A DNA stretch of 64,000 nt from Acidobacteriota bacterium. GTDB taxonomy: Bacteria; Acidobacteriota; UBA6911; RPQK01; JAJDTT01. Positions within the stretch are counted from its first letter, which is position 1, and each line of letters starts with the position of its first letter. The position numbers and the translations under genes are program-made. Below are positions 1-9,784 of this stretch, piece by piece. A model generated the notes under the pieces. The model made no database searches. It saw only the letters and a list, made by a program, of their open reading frames with translations, and was not told the DNA's origin. Where the stretch lies: assembly GCA_965217775.1 (NCBI GenBank), contig CBDCJH010000002.1, positions 2,176,001 to 2,240,000 of the forward strand. Reading direction: 5' to 3'.

Positions 1-591
1 CAGTAACTTGACGATGCAGCGCGGAGTGTAGAATTCGCCCCCCTTCTTGCCCTCGGCGCTTGCGAACTGGGACAGGAAGTACTCGTAGACCCGGCCCAGC
101 ACGTCCTTGGATCGGGCCTCCTCGTCGCCCACCTGGATGTTGCTGATGAGATCGATTGTCTGGCCCAAGCGGGTTTTGTCCAGTGCCGGACGGGCGCAGT
201 CTTTGGGCAGCACGCCCTTAAGCGCCGGATTGTCCCGCTCGATGCCGGCCCTGGCATCGTCAACCAGTCGGCCGATGATGGGTTGGTTGGCTTGCGCTTT
301 CAGCTTCGCCCAGCGCGCTTCCACCGGCACCCGGAAGATGTTCTGTGCGCGGTACTCGTCCGGGTCCTCCGGGTCGGCCCCCGCACCGGTTTCACCCTCC
401 AGCCGGGTGTGGGCTTCCTGGAAGGCGTCAGAGATATACTTGAGGAAGATCAGACCCAGGATAACGTGCTTGTACTCCGCCGCGTCCATGCTCCCACGCA
501 GGGCATCGGCCATCTGCCAGAACTGGCCTTCATAGTCCACATTGGCGGCGCTTTGAAGTTTTGGCTTGGAGCGTGTCCTGGCTTTGGCCAA
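1..591 (-). CDS. hsdM: Type I restriction-modification methyltransferase subunit (N-terminal part; runs off the window edge)
   Basis: Not in the ORF track because it is open at the edge. Manual translation from TTG at 591 (GAAGGA RBS upstream) gives ...[34 protein letters not shown]...[35 protein letters not shown], classic HsdM motifs. Confidence 0.93.
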   Translation of the reverse strand, partial: MAKARTRSKPKLQSAANVDYEGQFWQMADALRGSMDAAEYKHVILGLIFLKYISDAFQEAHTRLEGETGAGADPEDPDEYRAQNIFRVPVEARWAKLKAQANQPIIGRLVDDARAGIERDNPALKGVLPKDCARPALDKTRLGQTIDLISNIQVGDEEARSKDVLGRVYEYFLSQFASAEGKKGGEFYTPRCIVKLL

Positions 592-859
592 TGGTCCTTC
601 CACTCATCGAGCGCCTTCATTGTGCTGCAGGCGATGCTCACCGGCGGGAGTATGTTGCGGAAGCTGCTCCGCATCGTCCTGTAGAATATATCGGAAAGTC
701 TTCTATCGTTGAAGAAATTAGAACCAGCGGCTCGGTAATGACCACCTGGCCCGAGTTTACCGCGTTGGACAAAAAGATAAAGATAAGTTCTTTTTTCGCA
801 GAGACATCGGTCAGCCCTCCCGTATGACCTACGGAGCCGCATCAGGGGTTGGATCGCCT

Positions 860-2060
860 GGCTTTCGAGGTCTAGGATTTCGTACATCCTGCGCTGTTCG
901 TCCGTCATCTGCGAGAGCGTCGTCCTGAGTTCGGGATCGCCGCCCTCCTCCTGCGCGGGATAGAGTACGTCGACTTCGCGGATCCCACCCAGTGCGTCGA
1001 GCAGCGCGGGGATCGAGCCCGACACGCCGTGGCGGCTCAGTTCGCGCTGCAGCAGTCCGCACAGCATCAGCGCCAGCACGCAGCAGAACACATGCACCGC
1101 GATCTTCTGATCCGTCCAGTGGTATTGCGGCCGGATCGCGATGCAGTCGCTGTCCTTCAGTTGCCGGAAGGCGCTCTCGACATGATGCTGCGCGGTAGCC
1201 GCGCACCAACTCGGCGTCGCTCCAACCCGCTTGGTCGGTGAACAGCAGGGTCTTGCCCAGCAACCTGCGCTGCAGCTGCTCCCAGGCGCGCCGCTGGAAG
1301 CGATAATTCACCTTCGGCAAGCCGTCCTCCTCACGCACCTGGACGTCGAACAGGTCCCGCATGTGCCGTGCCCGCAGCCAGCCGTCAACCTTCTTGCGCG
1401 TGGTGGCCACGCCCGGCTTGCGCCCTCCACGGATCTTGCCGTCGCGCCAGCGGCGTAGCTGCCGCTGCAGCGCGCGCAGGTGCTGGCGCCGCTTCGCGAT
1501 CTCACGCAGCAGCGTCCGGCACTGGGCGTCGAACAGCACTTGGCGCAGGTCGAGGCCGAACTCACGGGTCATGGCGGTCACGATGTCTCGTTCGATGGCG
1601 GGGATGGCTGAGACGGGGACGCGGTGCATCTGGTCCCAGAAGCGCTGGCTGGTGAGCTGGCTGGAGCGCAGGGGGAGCAGGCGGCCGAGGGCGGTGGAGT
1701 CGAACCAGCGGGCGAGGCTGGCCTTGGAGCCGGGGGCGAGGCAGCGGTTGAGGACGGCGGCGAGCAAGTAGGTGCCGACAGACGGGCCGGAGCCGCGCTT
1801 GGGGACATGGCGGTCGATGTGCTCGACGAGCTGCAAGCGGCGGGCGAGGGCGAGCAGGGCGGTGGAGGCGCCGAATTCGCGCGCACGACCGCCTCCAGTG
1901 GCTGGGCGAGCACGGGGGCGGCACGGAGCTTCTCGATGATCTTGTCGGCGCGGCCGAGATAGGTCTGGGAAACGATCTTGGGCTTGCCGTGGACGCGTTT
2001 GCAGACGCGCGCGTAGTAGTAGGGGTGGCCGCGGATGATCTTCTTGACGATGCTGGCCGT
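860..2060 (-). pseudogene. IS1634-family transposase remnant (frameshifted, internally deleted)
   Basis: N-terminal ASIVKKIIRGHPYYYARVCKRVHGKPKIVSQTYLG, middle LTSQRFWDQM...VLFDA, and C-terminal GKTLLFTD / VESAFRQLK / IRPQYHWTDQKIAVHVFCCVLAL lie in different frames. The DDE core after 'FDA' appears to be missing. Confidence 0.8.
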
Positions 2061-2210
2061 ATATCAGGTCATACAAAAGCCGAAGTCACTGGCGCATTGG
2101 GGGCAATTCCTTTTGGTGACTCCTGATCTGCCCCCAGTTATCCCCGGCTGTCAAGGCATACTAGCGGATGAATTCGGACAGGAAAACAGTTTAAATAACT
2201 GATAAAGAGG

Positions 2211-2238
2211 GAAAAAGAGACATCTTTGGATGTCTCTG
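2211..2238 (-). terminator. Rho-independent terminator downstream of tRNA-Ser
   Basis: On the minus strand an AGAGACATC-CAAA-GATGTCTCT hairpin is followed by a T run, just 3' of the tRNA CCA. Confidence 0.65.
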
Positions 2239-2248
2239 GATGGAAAAT

Positions 2249-2344
2249 TGGCGGAGGAGGTGGGATTCGAACCCACGTGCCCGGCTCATCACCGGACAAC
2301 CCGATTTCGAGTCGGGCCCGGTACGTCCACTTCGGTACTCCTCC
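2249..2344 (-). tRNA. tRNA-Ser(CGA)
   Basis: GGAGGAG acceptor stem paired with CTCCTCC-GCCA; anticodon arm CCCGA-CTCGAAA-TCGGG; long variable arm; T-loop GTTCGAATC. Confidence 0.96.
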
Positions 2345-2351
2345 ACCGCTC

Positions 2352-2381
2352 ATTAGAGCCAATCCGCCGGCTCCAAGTCAA
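2352..2381 (-). promoter_or_regulatory. Putative sigma70 promoter of tRNA-Ser
   Basis: Minus strand TTGACT-18 nt-TCTAAT, a few nt upstream of the tRNA 5' end. Confidence 0.5.
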
Positions 2382-2540
2382 GGAACGGAGCCCGCTCCGG
2401 GCAGCCGTCCCGCTCGCTCCCGTCACGGTTTGGGAGTGGTATAGTATGGAGTTTCGAGAGTCCCTCGGCGGCGGGATCGACCCGGATTCCGGCCTCTGAA
2501 ACGGGACTCCGGCCTCCTCTCCGAGACGGCGGGTTCATTC

Positions 2541-4187
2541 ATGAGCTACGTGGTTCTGGCACGGAAATGGCGCCCTCAGACCTTCGACGAGGTCGCGGGA
2601 CAGGAAACGGTCACCCGGGCGCTCAGGAACGCTATCCGGAGCGGCCGCATCGCCCATGCCTTCCTCTTTTCGGGCGTGCGGGGCGTGGGAAAGACCACCA
2701 CGGCCCGGATCCTGGCCAAGGCCCTCAACTGCGGGCAGGGACCCACCGAAGAGCCTTGCTCCAAATGCGTCCCCTGCACCGAGATCGCCGCAGCCAACAG
2801 CCTGGACGTACTGGAGATCGACGCCGCCTCCAACACCGGCGTGGACAACATTCGGGAACTGCGCGAAAGCGCCCGCTACACACCGGCCCGGGACCGCTTC
2901 AAGATCTACATCATCGATGAGGTCCACATGCTCTCCAACGCGGCCTTCAACGCGTTGCTCAAGACCCTGGAGGAGCCGCCGCCTCATGTGAAGTTCATCC
3001 TGGCCACGACGGAGCACGCCAAGATCCCCGTCACCATCACCTCCCGCTGCCAGCAATACGACCTCAAACCCATCCCCTTCGTCCTGATCCTGGAGCACCT
3101 GAAACGGATCTGCGCCAGCGAGGAGATCGAGATCAGCGACTACGGACTGAGGGCCATCTCGTCGGCCGCCAAGGGCAGCATGCGCGACGCTCAATCGATT
3201 CTGGAGCAGATCATCTCCCTTTCCGGGAAGCAGGTGTCCGAAGAGGACGTCCGCGTGCTGCTGGGAATGGTGGACGAGAAACTCGTGGCCGGGCTGGTGG
3301 ACTGCATTCAAGAACGGGACGCCCAGTCCCTGTTGCAGCGGATGCAGGATGCCGTCGAGTCCGGGGTCGACCCGCGGAATCTGGCGGACCGCATGGTGGC
3401 CCACGTCCGAAACCTCTTGGTCTTTCAGGTCAGCGGTTGGGAAGAACGACTGCTCCAGCTCCCCGACAGCCAGAAGGAGGTGGTGACTCGGCAGGCGGAG
3501 GCTTTTTCGACTCCCGACCTGATCCGGTTCTTCGACGTTCTGACCCGATGCGAGGGAGAGATGCGGTGGCATCCCAATCCAGGCCTCCACCTGGAAATGG
3601 CCTTCATGAAGCTCATCGAGCTGGCCGGACTCCCCCGCCTGGAGAGCGTCCTGGAGCAACTCGAATCGGGACGTTTCCAAGCGGTCGCGCGGACACCCGA
3701 AAAAGCTCCGGAGAACCAGGATCTGTTTGCGAGCCGTCCCACTTCCCCCGGATCTACGGGCACGGTGAAACGTCCTCCGGCGCCCGCCCGGCCCGTCTCC
3801 TCAGCTACACCCGAACCGGCCCGGTCCGAACCTGCCCAACCCCGTCAGGGATTCCGGGAACGGCTACTGGCCGCGGTCCAGGACAGGGCGCCGGGACTCC
3901 ACTCAACGTTGCTGCACTCCACCGGCAGCCAGGTTCAGGACGGCAAGCTGATCGTCGTCTTCCCCGCCTCCGAGCAGGTCATTGCCGGCGCGGTGCAGAA
4001 CAACGCACAGCTCCTCGGCGAGATCTCGGAACAGCTGACAGGAGTCCCTTGCAAGCTTCAGATTCGGTTCGAGGAGGCGAAATCCGCGGGGAAGGACAAG
4101 GAGGAAGACGATCCCATGGAGAACCCCAAGGTCAAGGCCTTTCTGAAGCGGTTTCCGAGCAAGGTGATCGTGGAACGCAACCCGTAG
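2541..4187 (+). CDS. dnaX: DNA polymerase III subunit gamma/tau
   Basis: LARKWRPQTF, Walker A GVRGVGKTT, Zn-binding cysteines, EIDAASN, IIDEVHML, SRC motif. Confidence 0.98.
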   Translation: MSYVVLARKWRPQTFDEVAGQETVTRALRNAIRSGRIAHAFLFSGVRGVGKTTTARILAKALNCGQGPTEEPCSKCVPCTEIAAANSLDVLEIDAASNTGVDNIRELRESARYTPARDRFKIYIIDEVHMLSNAAFNALLKTLEEPPPHVKFILATTEHAKIPVTITSRCQQYDLKPIPFVLILEHLKRICASEEIEISDYGLRAISSAAKGSMRDAQSILEQIISLSGKQVSEEDVRVLLGMVDEKLVAGLVDCIQERDAQSLLQRMQDAVESGVDPRNLADRMVAHVRNLLVFQVSGWEERLLQLPDSQKEVVTRQAEAFSTPDLIRFFDVLTRCEGEMRWHPNPGLHLEMAFMKLIELAGLPRLESVLEQLESGRFQAVARTPEKAPENQDLFASRPTSPGSTGTVKRPPAPARPVSSATPEPARSEPAQPRQGFRERLLAAVQDRAPGLHSTLLHSTGSQVQDGKLIVVFPASEQVIAGAVQNNAQLLGEISEQLTGVPCKLQIRFEEAKSAGKDKEEDDPMENPKVKAFLKRFPSKVIVERNP

Positions 4188-4347
4188 GAGTCTGCGCGGT
4201 AGAAATGATCGTAGCGAGAAAGTGGGGAATCGAGGCCAGATTTTCTCGATTTGGAGGTGCATAGTTGTTCTATTCGCCGAGAAATCGGGGAAATATGGAC
4301 CGATTCTACCGCTTTCGCAGTAGATCAATTTCTGCGGCGCAGACTCC
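4187..4347. mobile_element. MITE family A, copy 1 (161 bp)
   Basis: Imperfect terminal inverted repeats GGAGTCTGCGCGGTAGAAAT / ATTTCTGCGGCGCAGACTCC (18/20). Near-identical copy at 56501-56661. Confidence 0.9.
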
Positions 4348-4420
4348 TGGGATCCCGTATGGAATGCGCCAACCCAATTCCACGGCGCTTCGAATCACAC
4401 GCACACAGGAGTGAATGCGC

Positions 4421-4720
4421 ATGAGGATGCGAAAAAAGAACATCAAGGGCCTGATGAGACAGGCTCAGCAGATGCAGGAGCAGTTGCAGCAACAGATGCT
4501 TCAGACCCGCGTGGAGGCCACCAGTGGCGGCGGCGCCGTCCACGTCGTCATGGACGGATCCAAGAAGATGCACTCCATCCGCATCGATCCCGATGCCGTG
4601 GACCCGGATGACGTGGAGATGCTGCAGGATCTGGTCCTGGCCGCCGTCAACGAAGCGGGACGCAAGGTCGATGAGATGATGAGTTCCCAGGTCAGCAGTC
4701 TGACCGGCGGAATTCTTTGA
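4421..4720 (+). CDS. ybaB: YbaB/EbfC nucleoid-associated protein
   Basis: QAQQMQEQL...SGGGAV...DDVEMLQDLVLAAVNEA; canonical dnaX-ybaB-recR gene order. Confidence 0.95.
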   Translation: MRMRKKNIKGLMRQAQQMQEQLQQQMLQTRVEATSGGGAVHVVMDGSKKMHSIRIDPDAVDPDDVEMLQDLVLAAVNEAGRKVDEMMSSQVSSLTGGIL

Positions 4721-4743
4721 CCCGCATCTCACTGGGAGAAGTC

Positions 4744-5346
4744 ATGAACACCCACCACCAGGACCCCATCAACAGACTCGTCGACGAGTTGAAGCGCCTG
4801 CCCGGCATCGGCCCCAAATCGGCGCAGCGGCTGGTCTTCCACCTGATTCGTAAGCCCGACTCCGAATGCGACCGGCTCGCCCAGGCCATTGGAGATCTCA
4901 AGCGCAGCCTGGTGTTCTGCTCGGTGTGCAACCACATCGGCGGTGCCGATCCCTGCTCCATCTGCAAGCAGGCCAATCGGGACCGGGAGACCATTTGCGT
5001 CGTGGAGGAGCCCTTCAACGTGCTCTCCATCGAGAAGACGGGTCAATACCGGGGCCTCTACCACGTCCTCCACGGCGCCATCTCTCCCATCAATGGAATC
5101 GGCCCTGAGGACCTCAAATTGCGGAACCTGTTCGAGCGCTTTCGCGACGGCGAGGTCAAGGAAGTGATCGTGGCCACCAATCCCACCACCGAAGGCGAGG
5201 CCACGGCGCTCTATCTCTCCAAGCTCATCAAGCCTCTGGAGATTCGCGTCTCCCGGATCGCGCTCGGCATCCCCATGGGAAGCGACCTGGAGTACACCGA
5301 CCAGTTGACCCTGACCCGGGCGCTGTCCGGGCGCCAGACTCTCTAG
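4744..5346 (+). CDS. recR: Recombination mediator RecR
   Basis: LPGIGPKSAQR helix-hairpin-helix, C4 zinc finger, YHVLHG, ATNPTTEGEATA. Confidence 0.98.
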   Translation: MNTHHQDPINRLVDELKRLPGIGPKSAQRLVFHLIRKPDSECDRLAQAIGDLKRSLVFCSVCNHIGGADPCSICKQANRDRETICVVEEPFNVLSIEKTGQYRGLYHVLHGAISPINGIGPEDLKLRNLFERFRDGEVKEVIVATNPTTEGEATALYLSKLIKPLEIRVSRIALGIPMGSDLEYTDQLTLTRALSGRQTL

Positions 5347-5348
5347 CC

Positions 5349-6415
5349 ACCATAATTCATAAACATGACAAAGGGCCTCGATTTTCGCCGGGATCGCTGA
5401 ACTTAGAGCGTGGGTTCTGGGGTTCAGTCGGCCGCTCGGCTCCAGAGTGGCAGGTGAACGTCCAGGAGAGTGTTTTCAGGAGACACCCTCCGCCAAGAGG
5501 TCGAGAATGGGGTTGCTGGGGCGAGGGTGACGACTAAGTTGGATGTAATCGACGCAAGACCCGCCAGAAGATTTCCTGTTCGGGGTAGGCCGAGCTGAAG
5601 TGGATCCAGATGCGGCGGGTAGTTTCTTGAACTCGAGCTCCGATCTTGAGCATCCGATGACGCAACGTATCCACTTCGAGTTTCTGCCAGGGGGTCCCGT
5701 AAAGGTAATCTCGCAGCATCAGAAACATCTGGTAGGCCACACCGTGCAGCAACAAGCGGAACTGATTGGCCAGAAAGCGATGGCAACTGAGGCGGTCCAT
5801 CTTCAAGTGGAGCTTGAAGGCCTTAATGAAGTTTTCCGTCTGCCCTCGGTCGGTGTAATCCTCGTACATCGATCGGGCCGACCGGTCCGTCCGATTGGTC
5901 ACGACGAAACAACGATTGATCCCGCGGGAGTTGACCTCGACTTTCACCACCACCCGACGGGGGTGGGGCCAGGTGCCAGCCTGGTAGAGAAACTCATCGA
6001 ATTCTCGCTGCGGGGTCCCCTCTTGTTGAAACTGCTCCCGGGTTCGCTCCAACAGAGGCTCGGCCGCCTCCTGCAGCCGAGCGTTTCGGCTCAGGCCGAT
6101 CTCGTCGTGCAGCCCCACTTGTTCACAGTATTCGTACAGTTGAGGTGTGGCAAAGCCGCAGTCGGCTCGAACCCGGATCTTCACCCGAGGACACTTCGCT
6201 TGGATCGCCTCCACCACTCGCCGCAAGACGGCCACCGCGTGCGCGGCGGTCCCCCGGTTGCCCGGCCGCAGCAGTGCCACCAGCAGATCCCCACTCTCCC
6301 CATCGAAGATCAACAGGGGATGCAGGATGTGGCTTCGCTAGTAGCCGTGGTAGAAGAAAAACTCCTGTTGCCGATGGATGGGATCGTCGGTCCCGTCCAA
6401 GTCGAGCACAATGGT
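5349..6415 (-). pseudogene. IS1380-family transposase remnant (5'-truncated, in-frame stop)
   Basis: IVLDLDGTDDPIHRQQEFFFYHGY* followed by LLRPGN, RADCGF, RGQTENFIK, LSCHRFLANQFRL. An IS1380-like end (…TTATGAATTATGG on the minus strand) lies just after the recR stop. Confidence 0.85.
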
Positions 6416-6761
6416 GTGTGATTCCACTTCCGCTCTTGTAGACGCGGATATCCTCACTCCGCTTCTCTTCTTCGCTGACGTCGTCCCAAATGACCGATCG
6501 TTTCCGAGCTTCCGGTGTTGTCTGAAGTCCAAACTCCGTGGCGTGCTCTGCGATCGAAGGCCGTACTTGGGATGAAATCTTCTGACGCAGAGGTGCCCCT
6601 GGCCGTTCCGAGGAGTGTTCGATGAGAAGCAGCACCAGGACGGCGAGGGCTCACTTCATGTATCTCACCTAAGGCTTTCAGAATCTCCGTGAGCTCCACG
6701 ACAGCATGGGCATACTAAACGATGCAATCTTCTGCACCCATCGTTGGGCCGTCAGGGGTGC

Positions 6762-9749
6762 TCAGGGCATGCGCAGGATGGTGATGTCCTGGTAGCCTGG
6801 ACGAATCCGGTGATCGCGGATGCCGTCGATGAAGACAGACTTGAAGGTGAGCGTGGCCGTTTCGCCATTCAGATCGGCGAGCGGCACGATGCGGTGCTCC
6901 CACCACGCCGGACCGTAGAAAGGAGCCACTTCCTCCGACCAGAGGACACGCTTCTGCCCTGCTTCTCCCGCTGTGATTTCGAAACGGATCGGGCTCAGGT
7001 CTCCCGGAATAGTCGTGTGCCGATCCCACTTTCCCGACCTGCTCCACAGCGGAGAGGCCACAACCGGCTTGAACTTGAGGGCGAGTCTGCCAGAGGGCAG
7101 CCGGACCCGGTAGGTTGTCTCGGGCTGGTCCTGTGGATCGAGTCGAAGGCCGTGAACCGGTGCCGCATCGACCGTGATTTCCGCCACCAGATCGATGACC
7201 AACCGGGCCAGTTGATCCGATCGGGGTGCAATCAGGCAGTAAGTCGGAACCCCCGATTCGAGCCGCACCAGGAGAGGGGCCGAGTTCAAACGTCCATCCC
7301 ACTCGACGTATCGACTGTAGAGCCTTTCCTGAAAATGTTTCCCCAGATCGGGATGGTGCGCGAGTCCCTCGTGCGTTCCGATGATGATCCGAGCGTCTCC
7401 CTCTTGGGCCTGCGTCGACCTCCATTCCTGTATCTCCAGAGGGCGCCCGATCGCCGCGCCCAGGGTCTCCACAATCTGCTTTGCCAGGATTTCGTCGTGG
7501 GGATGCTCGCCGACTTCAAGTCGCACCCGGCCTCCGCGAACCGACGAGACCAGATCCCCGACCGGAACCTGAAAAAGCGTCTTGTGCGATCGGGTAACTC
7601 TTTGCGCTTCACGGCGATAGTCCTCGAAGGGCCTGAGGTTGTCCGGGTCCGGGAACCCGAACTCGATCACCACGCAGTCCTTCCCTGGGATTGGAATCTG
7701 CAGTTGCTGCCCATAGGAGACCTCCCCTGAGGCCAGACGAGCCTTCAGGGGGTAGATGAGATTGGCGGCCACATTCGCGTCCCCCGGCCGGAAGCCTGCA
7801 CTCTCGTCGATGGCGAGCGTGAAAGGCTCCAGGTTAAAGGAGCGATTGAACAGATACACCACACCCCGGCCGCTGCCCACGTGAGAGATCCCGACGATCC
7901 CTTCATTGGGAAGATCCGCAGGATCGGAGAGGATGCGCAGATTTCGAACCAGTGAAGAGCGGTCCCGGTTCCAAGCCAGCCACTCCTTCAGAATCTCCCG
8001 GTCAAAGTCCGGCATCTGACGAAAGGAAAAGCGAATGTCGCGGACAGCCGTCGTGGCAAAGCACAGCATCATGTTGTACGTCCATCCTTCACCCGATCCG
8101 ATCACTCGCTCCGTATGATCCAGATTGATCGGAATGGCCGACGCCTGCTGAACGGACCAGCCCGCGATGTCTCCCTTGATGCCCCAGGGAGGAACAAACT
8201 TCCGATACAGATTCCTCCAGGCCAGATAACGCTCATAAGCGAGAGCACGGGCCGGAAAATCCGACTCCGTCGCCTCCTTCATCGTGCTGGTGACCCCCGG
8301 GTCACCAGCATGGATATGGGTGGTGTACTTCAGGTTCCAGGGCCAGGGCCGTGCCATGCACAGGAAACGATAAATTCCGGGCTGGCGTCGTTCCGCTTCC
8401 TCCAGAATCCGCCAGATGGCCTGCATGCTGACGTCGGGACTGTTCCAACCGCTGGCCAGGCTCCTCCGTCCCAGACCATGGTCCCGGATCTGGGGGCGAT
8501 TGTTGTCGAACATGATCCCGCCCAGGTCGTATCGCTCCAGCAAATCCATCGAGAAACGGTAGAGGTGTTCCGCATACGGAGAATAGACCAGCGACTGAAG
8601 GGGGGCTTCCGGCCAGCGCCCCTCCCAGGTCTTGATCATCACGACGTCACCCTTCTCGTCCCGAACGGCCCAGTTCTCGGTCTCACGAATAAAAACACAC
8701 CCGTTGGCGTCATTCCAGAGCGACAGTTTCAGACCACGCTTCTTGAGTTCCCGGAGGATCGGCAACAGACCATTCGGAAGTCTTTCGGGGAGAGTCATGT
8801 TCCGATCCCAGGTCTCGTCGTCCGCATCGGCGACCCGGGGCATGCGCTGGCTGTAGGGAAAATCGGCCCACTGCCAGCCCGCATCAAAATGGAAAATGTC
8901 GGCCCCGACGTAAGCCAGATCGTCCAGAACTTCGAGAATCCGATCCTCCCGGGCCTGTCCGAGCCAGGGGCCCCAGGTCGTGAACTTGACCGGAAACGGG
9001 AACCGCGGTTGCAGCCGATCGGTGACGTGGGGAAAAAAGGACTGCCGGGCGGCTTCGAGGAACGAATCATCATTGGCGTGCTGGAACAGACCCAGGGCGC
9101 CGGCCGTCAACTCCTTCGTCTCTCCCGAGGCCACGTTGAAGCCTGGCCGGCAGGTCAGCTGTGCCCGTCCGTCCAGCTCAATCGTATGAAGGGCCCTGGG
9201 CCACTCCAGCGTGACCCAGAAACCGTCCTCGTCTCCTTGCAGCACAATCGGCTGCCCGATCAGCTTCTCATCCAGGGGCCAGGCGACCTCCAGGTCCGAC
9301 GGTCCCAGGTTCCAGTGCCGGATCCCAGCGACATAGACTTCCCCTTCCGGGGCGGAAGCGGAAATCGTCTTTCTCAAACGACTTCCCCTCAGCTCATACT
9401 GGACTGAGACCTCCAACCCGCTTCCCTCGAAACGAAAGACGGCTTCCTGGCCGCCGTTGTCTCGACTGGCTCCCAGGAATCGAAAGCCTTCCTGCTCTCG
9501 ATAAGACGGGGTCAGATCCGGATCGTTCAGATCCTCCGGGTCCACCAGCGCCAGCCCAAGCATCCCTGATCCTCTGAAAGAATAGGTTTTTCCCGACTTC
9601 CGCGCGGTCAGCGCCGCCAGCCGCGGACCCCCTCCTGACTCCTCGAACACGACCTCCAGATCGGGGCTCTTGAGTATGATCGGCTTGGCCACTACCGTGG
9701 GAGAACAGAGCACCAGGAAAAAACAGAACAGTCCCACAGCTATCGACAT
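6762..9749 (-). CDS. Secreted ~995-aa protein with alpha-galactosidase-like (GH36/clan-D-like) TIM-barrel core, paralog A
   Basis: Signal peptide and GGAGG RBS; TTWGPW, FHFDAGWQ, GLKLSLW and GIMFD resemble clan GH-D motifs. Strong paralog at 23777-26821. The function is an inference. Confidence 0.6.
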   Translation of the reverse strand: MSIAVGLFCFFLVLCSPTVVAKPIILKSPDLEVVFEESGGGPRLAALTARKSGKTYSFRGSGMLGLALVDPEDLNDPDLTPSYREQEGFRFLGASRDNGGQEAVFRFEGSGLEVSVQYELRGSRLRKTISASAPEGEVYVAGIRHWNLGPSDLEVAWPLDEKLIGQPIVLQGDEDGFWVTLEWPRALHTIELDGRAQLTCRPGFNVASGETKELTAGALGLFQHANDDSFLEAARQSFFPHVTDRLQPRFPFPVKFTTWGPWLGQAREDRILEVLDDLAYVGADIFHFDAGWQWADFPYSQRMPRVADADDETWDRNMTLPERLPNGLLPILRELKKRGLKLSLWNDANGCVFIRETENWAVRDEKGDVVMIKTWEGRWPEAPLQSLVYSPYAEHLYRFSMDLLERYDLGGIMFDNNRPQIRDHGLGRRSLASGWNSPDVSMQAIWRILEEAERRQPGIYRFLCMARPWPWNLKYTTHIHAGDPGVTSTMKEATESDFPARALAYERYLAWRNLYRKFVPPWGIKGDIAGWSVQQASAIPINLDHTERVIGSGEGWTYNMMLCFATTAVRDIRFSFRQMPDFDREILKEWLAWNRDRSSLVRNLRILSDPADLPNEGIVGISHVGSGRGVVYLFNRSFNLEPFTLAIDESAGFRPGDANVAANLIYPLKARLASGEVSYGQQLQIPIPGKDCVVIEFGFPDPDNLRPFEDYRREAQRVTRSHKTLFQVPVGDLVSSVRGGRVRLEVGEHPHDEILAKQIVETLGAAIGRPLEIQEWRSTQAQEGDARIIIGTHEGLAHHPDLGKHFQERLYSRYVEWDGRLNSAPLLVRLESGVPTYCLIAPRSDQLARLVIDLVAEITVDAAPVHGLRLDPQDQPETTYRVRLPSGRLALKFKPVVASPLWSRSGKWDRHTTIPGDLSPIRFEITAGEAGQKRVLWSEEVAPFYGPAWWEHRIVPLADLNGETATLTFKSVFIDGIRDHRIRPGYQDITILRMP

Positions 9750-9784
9750 CGTTTTACCTCCAGGAAAGGGATGGCTGATCAGAG

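Noticed and set aside
2357-2540. SRP RNA (ffs), often found next to tRNA-Ser and dnaX
   Set aside because: The conserved helix-8 motif (CAGG...GNRA...AGCAG) is not present on either strand; the region looks like divergent promoters.
3697-3710. dnaX programmed -1 frameshift site
   Set aside because: The sequence is GAAAAAG (five A), not the A AAA AAG heptamer, and no clear stimulatory element was seen.
6416-6715. Short minus-strand ORFs upstream of the IS1380 remnant
   Set aside because: No recognisable motifs and the frames are broken; possibly a gene scar, but unsupported.
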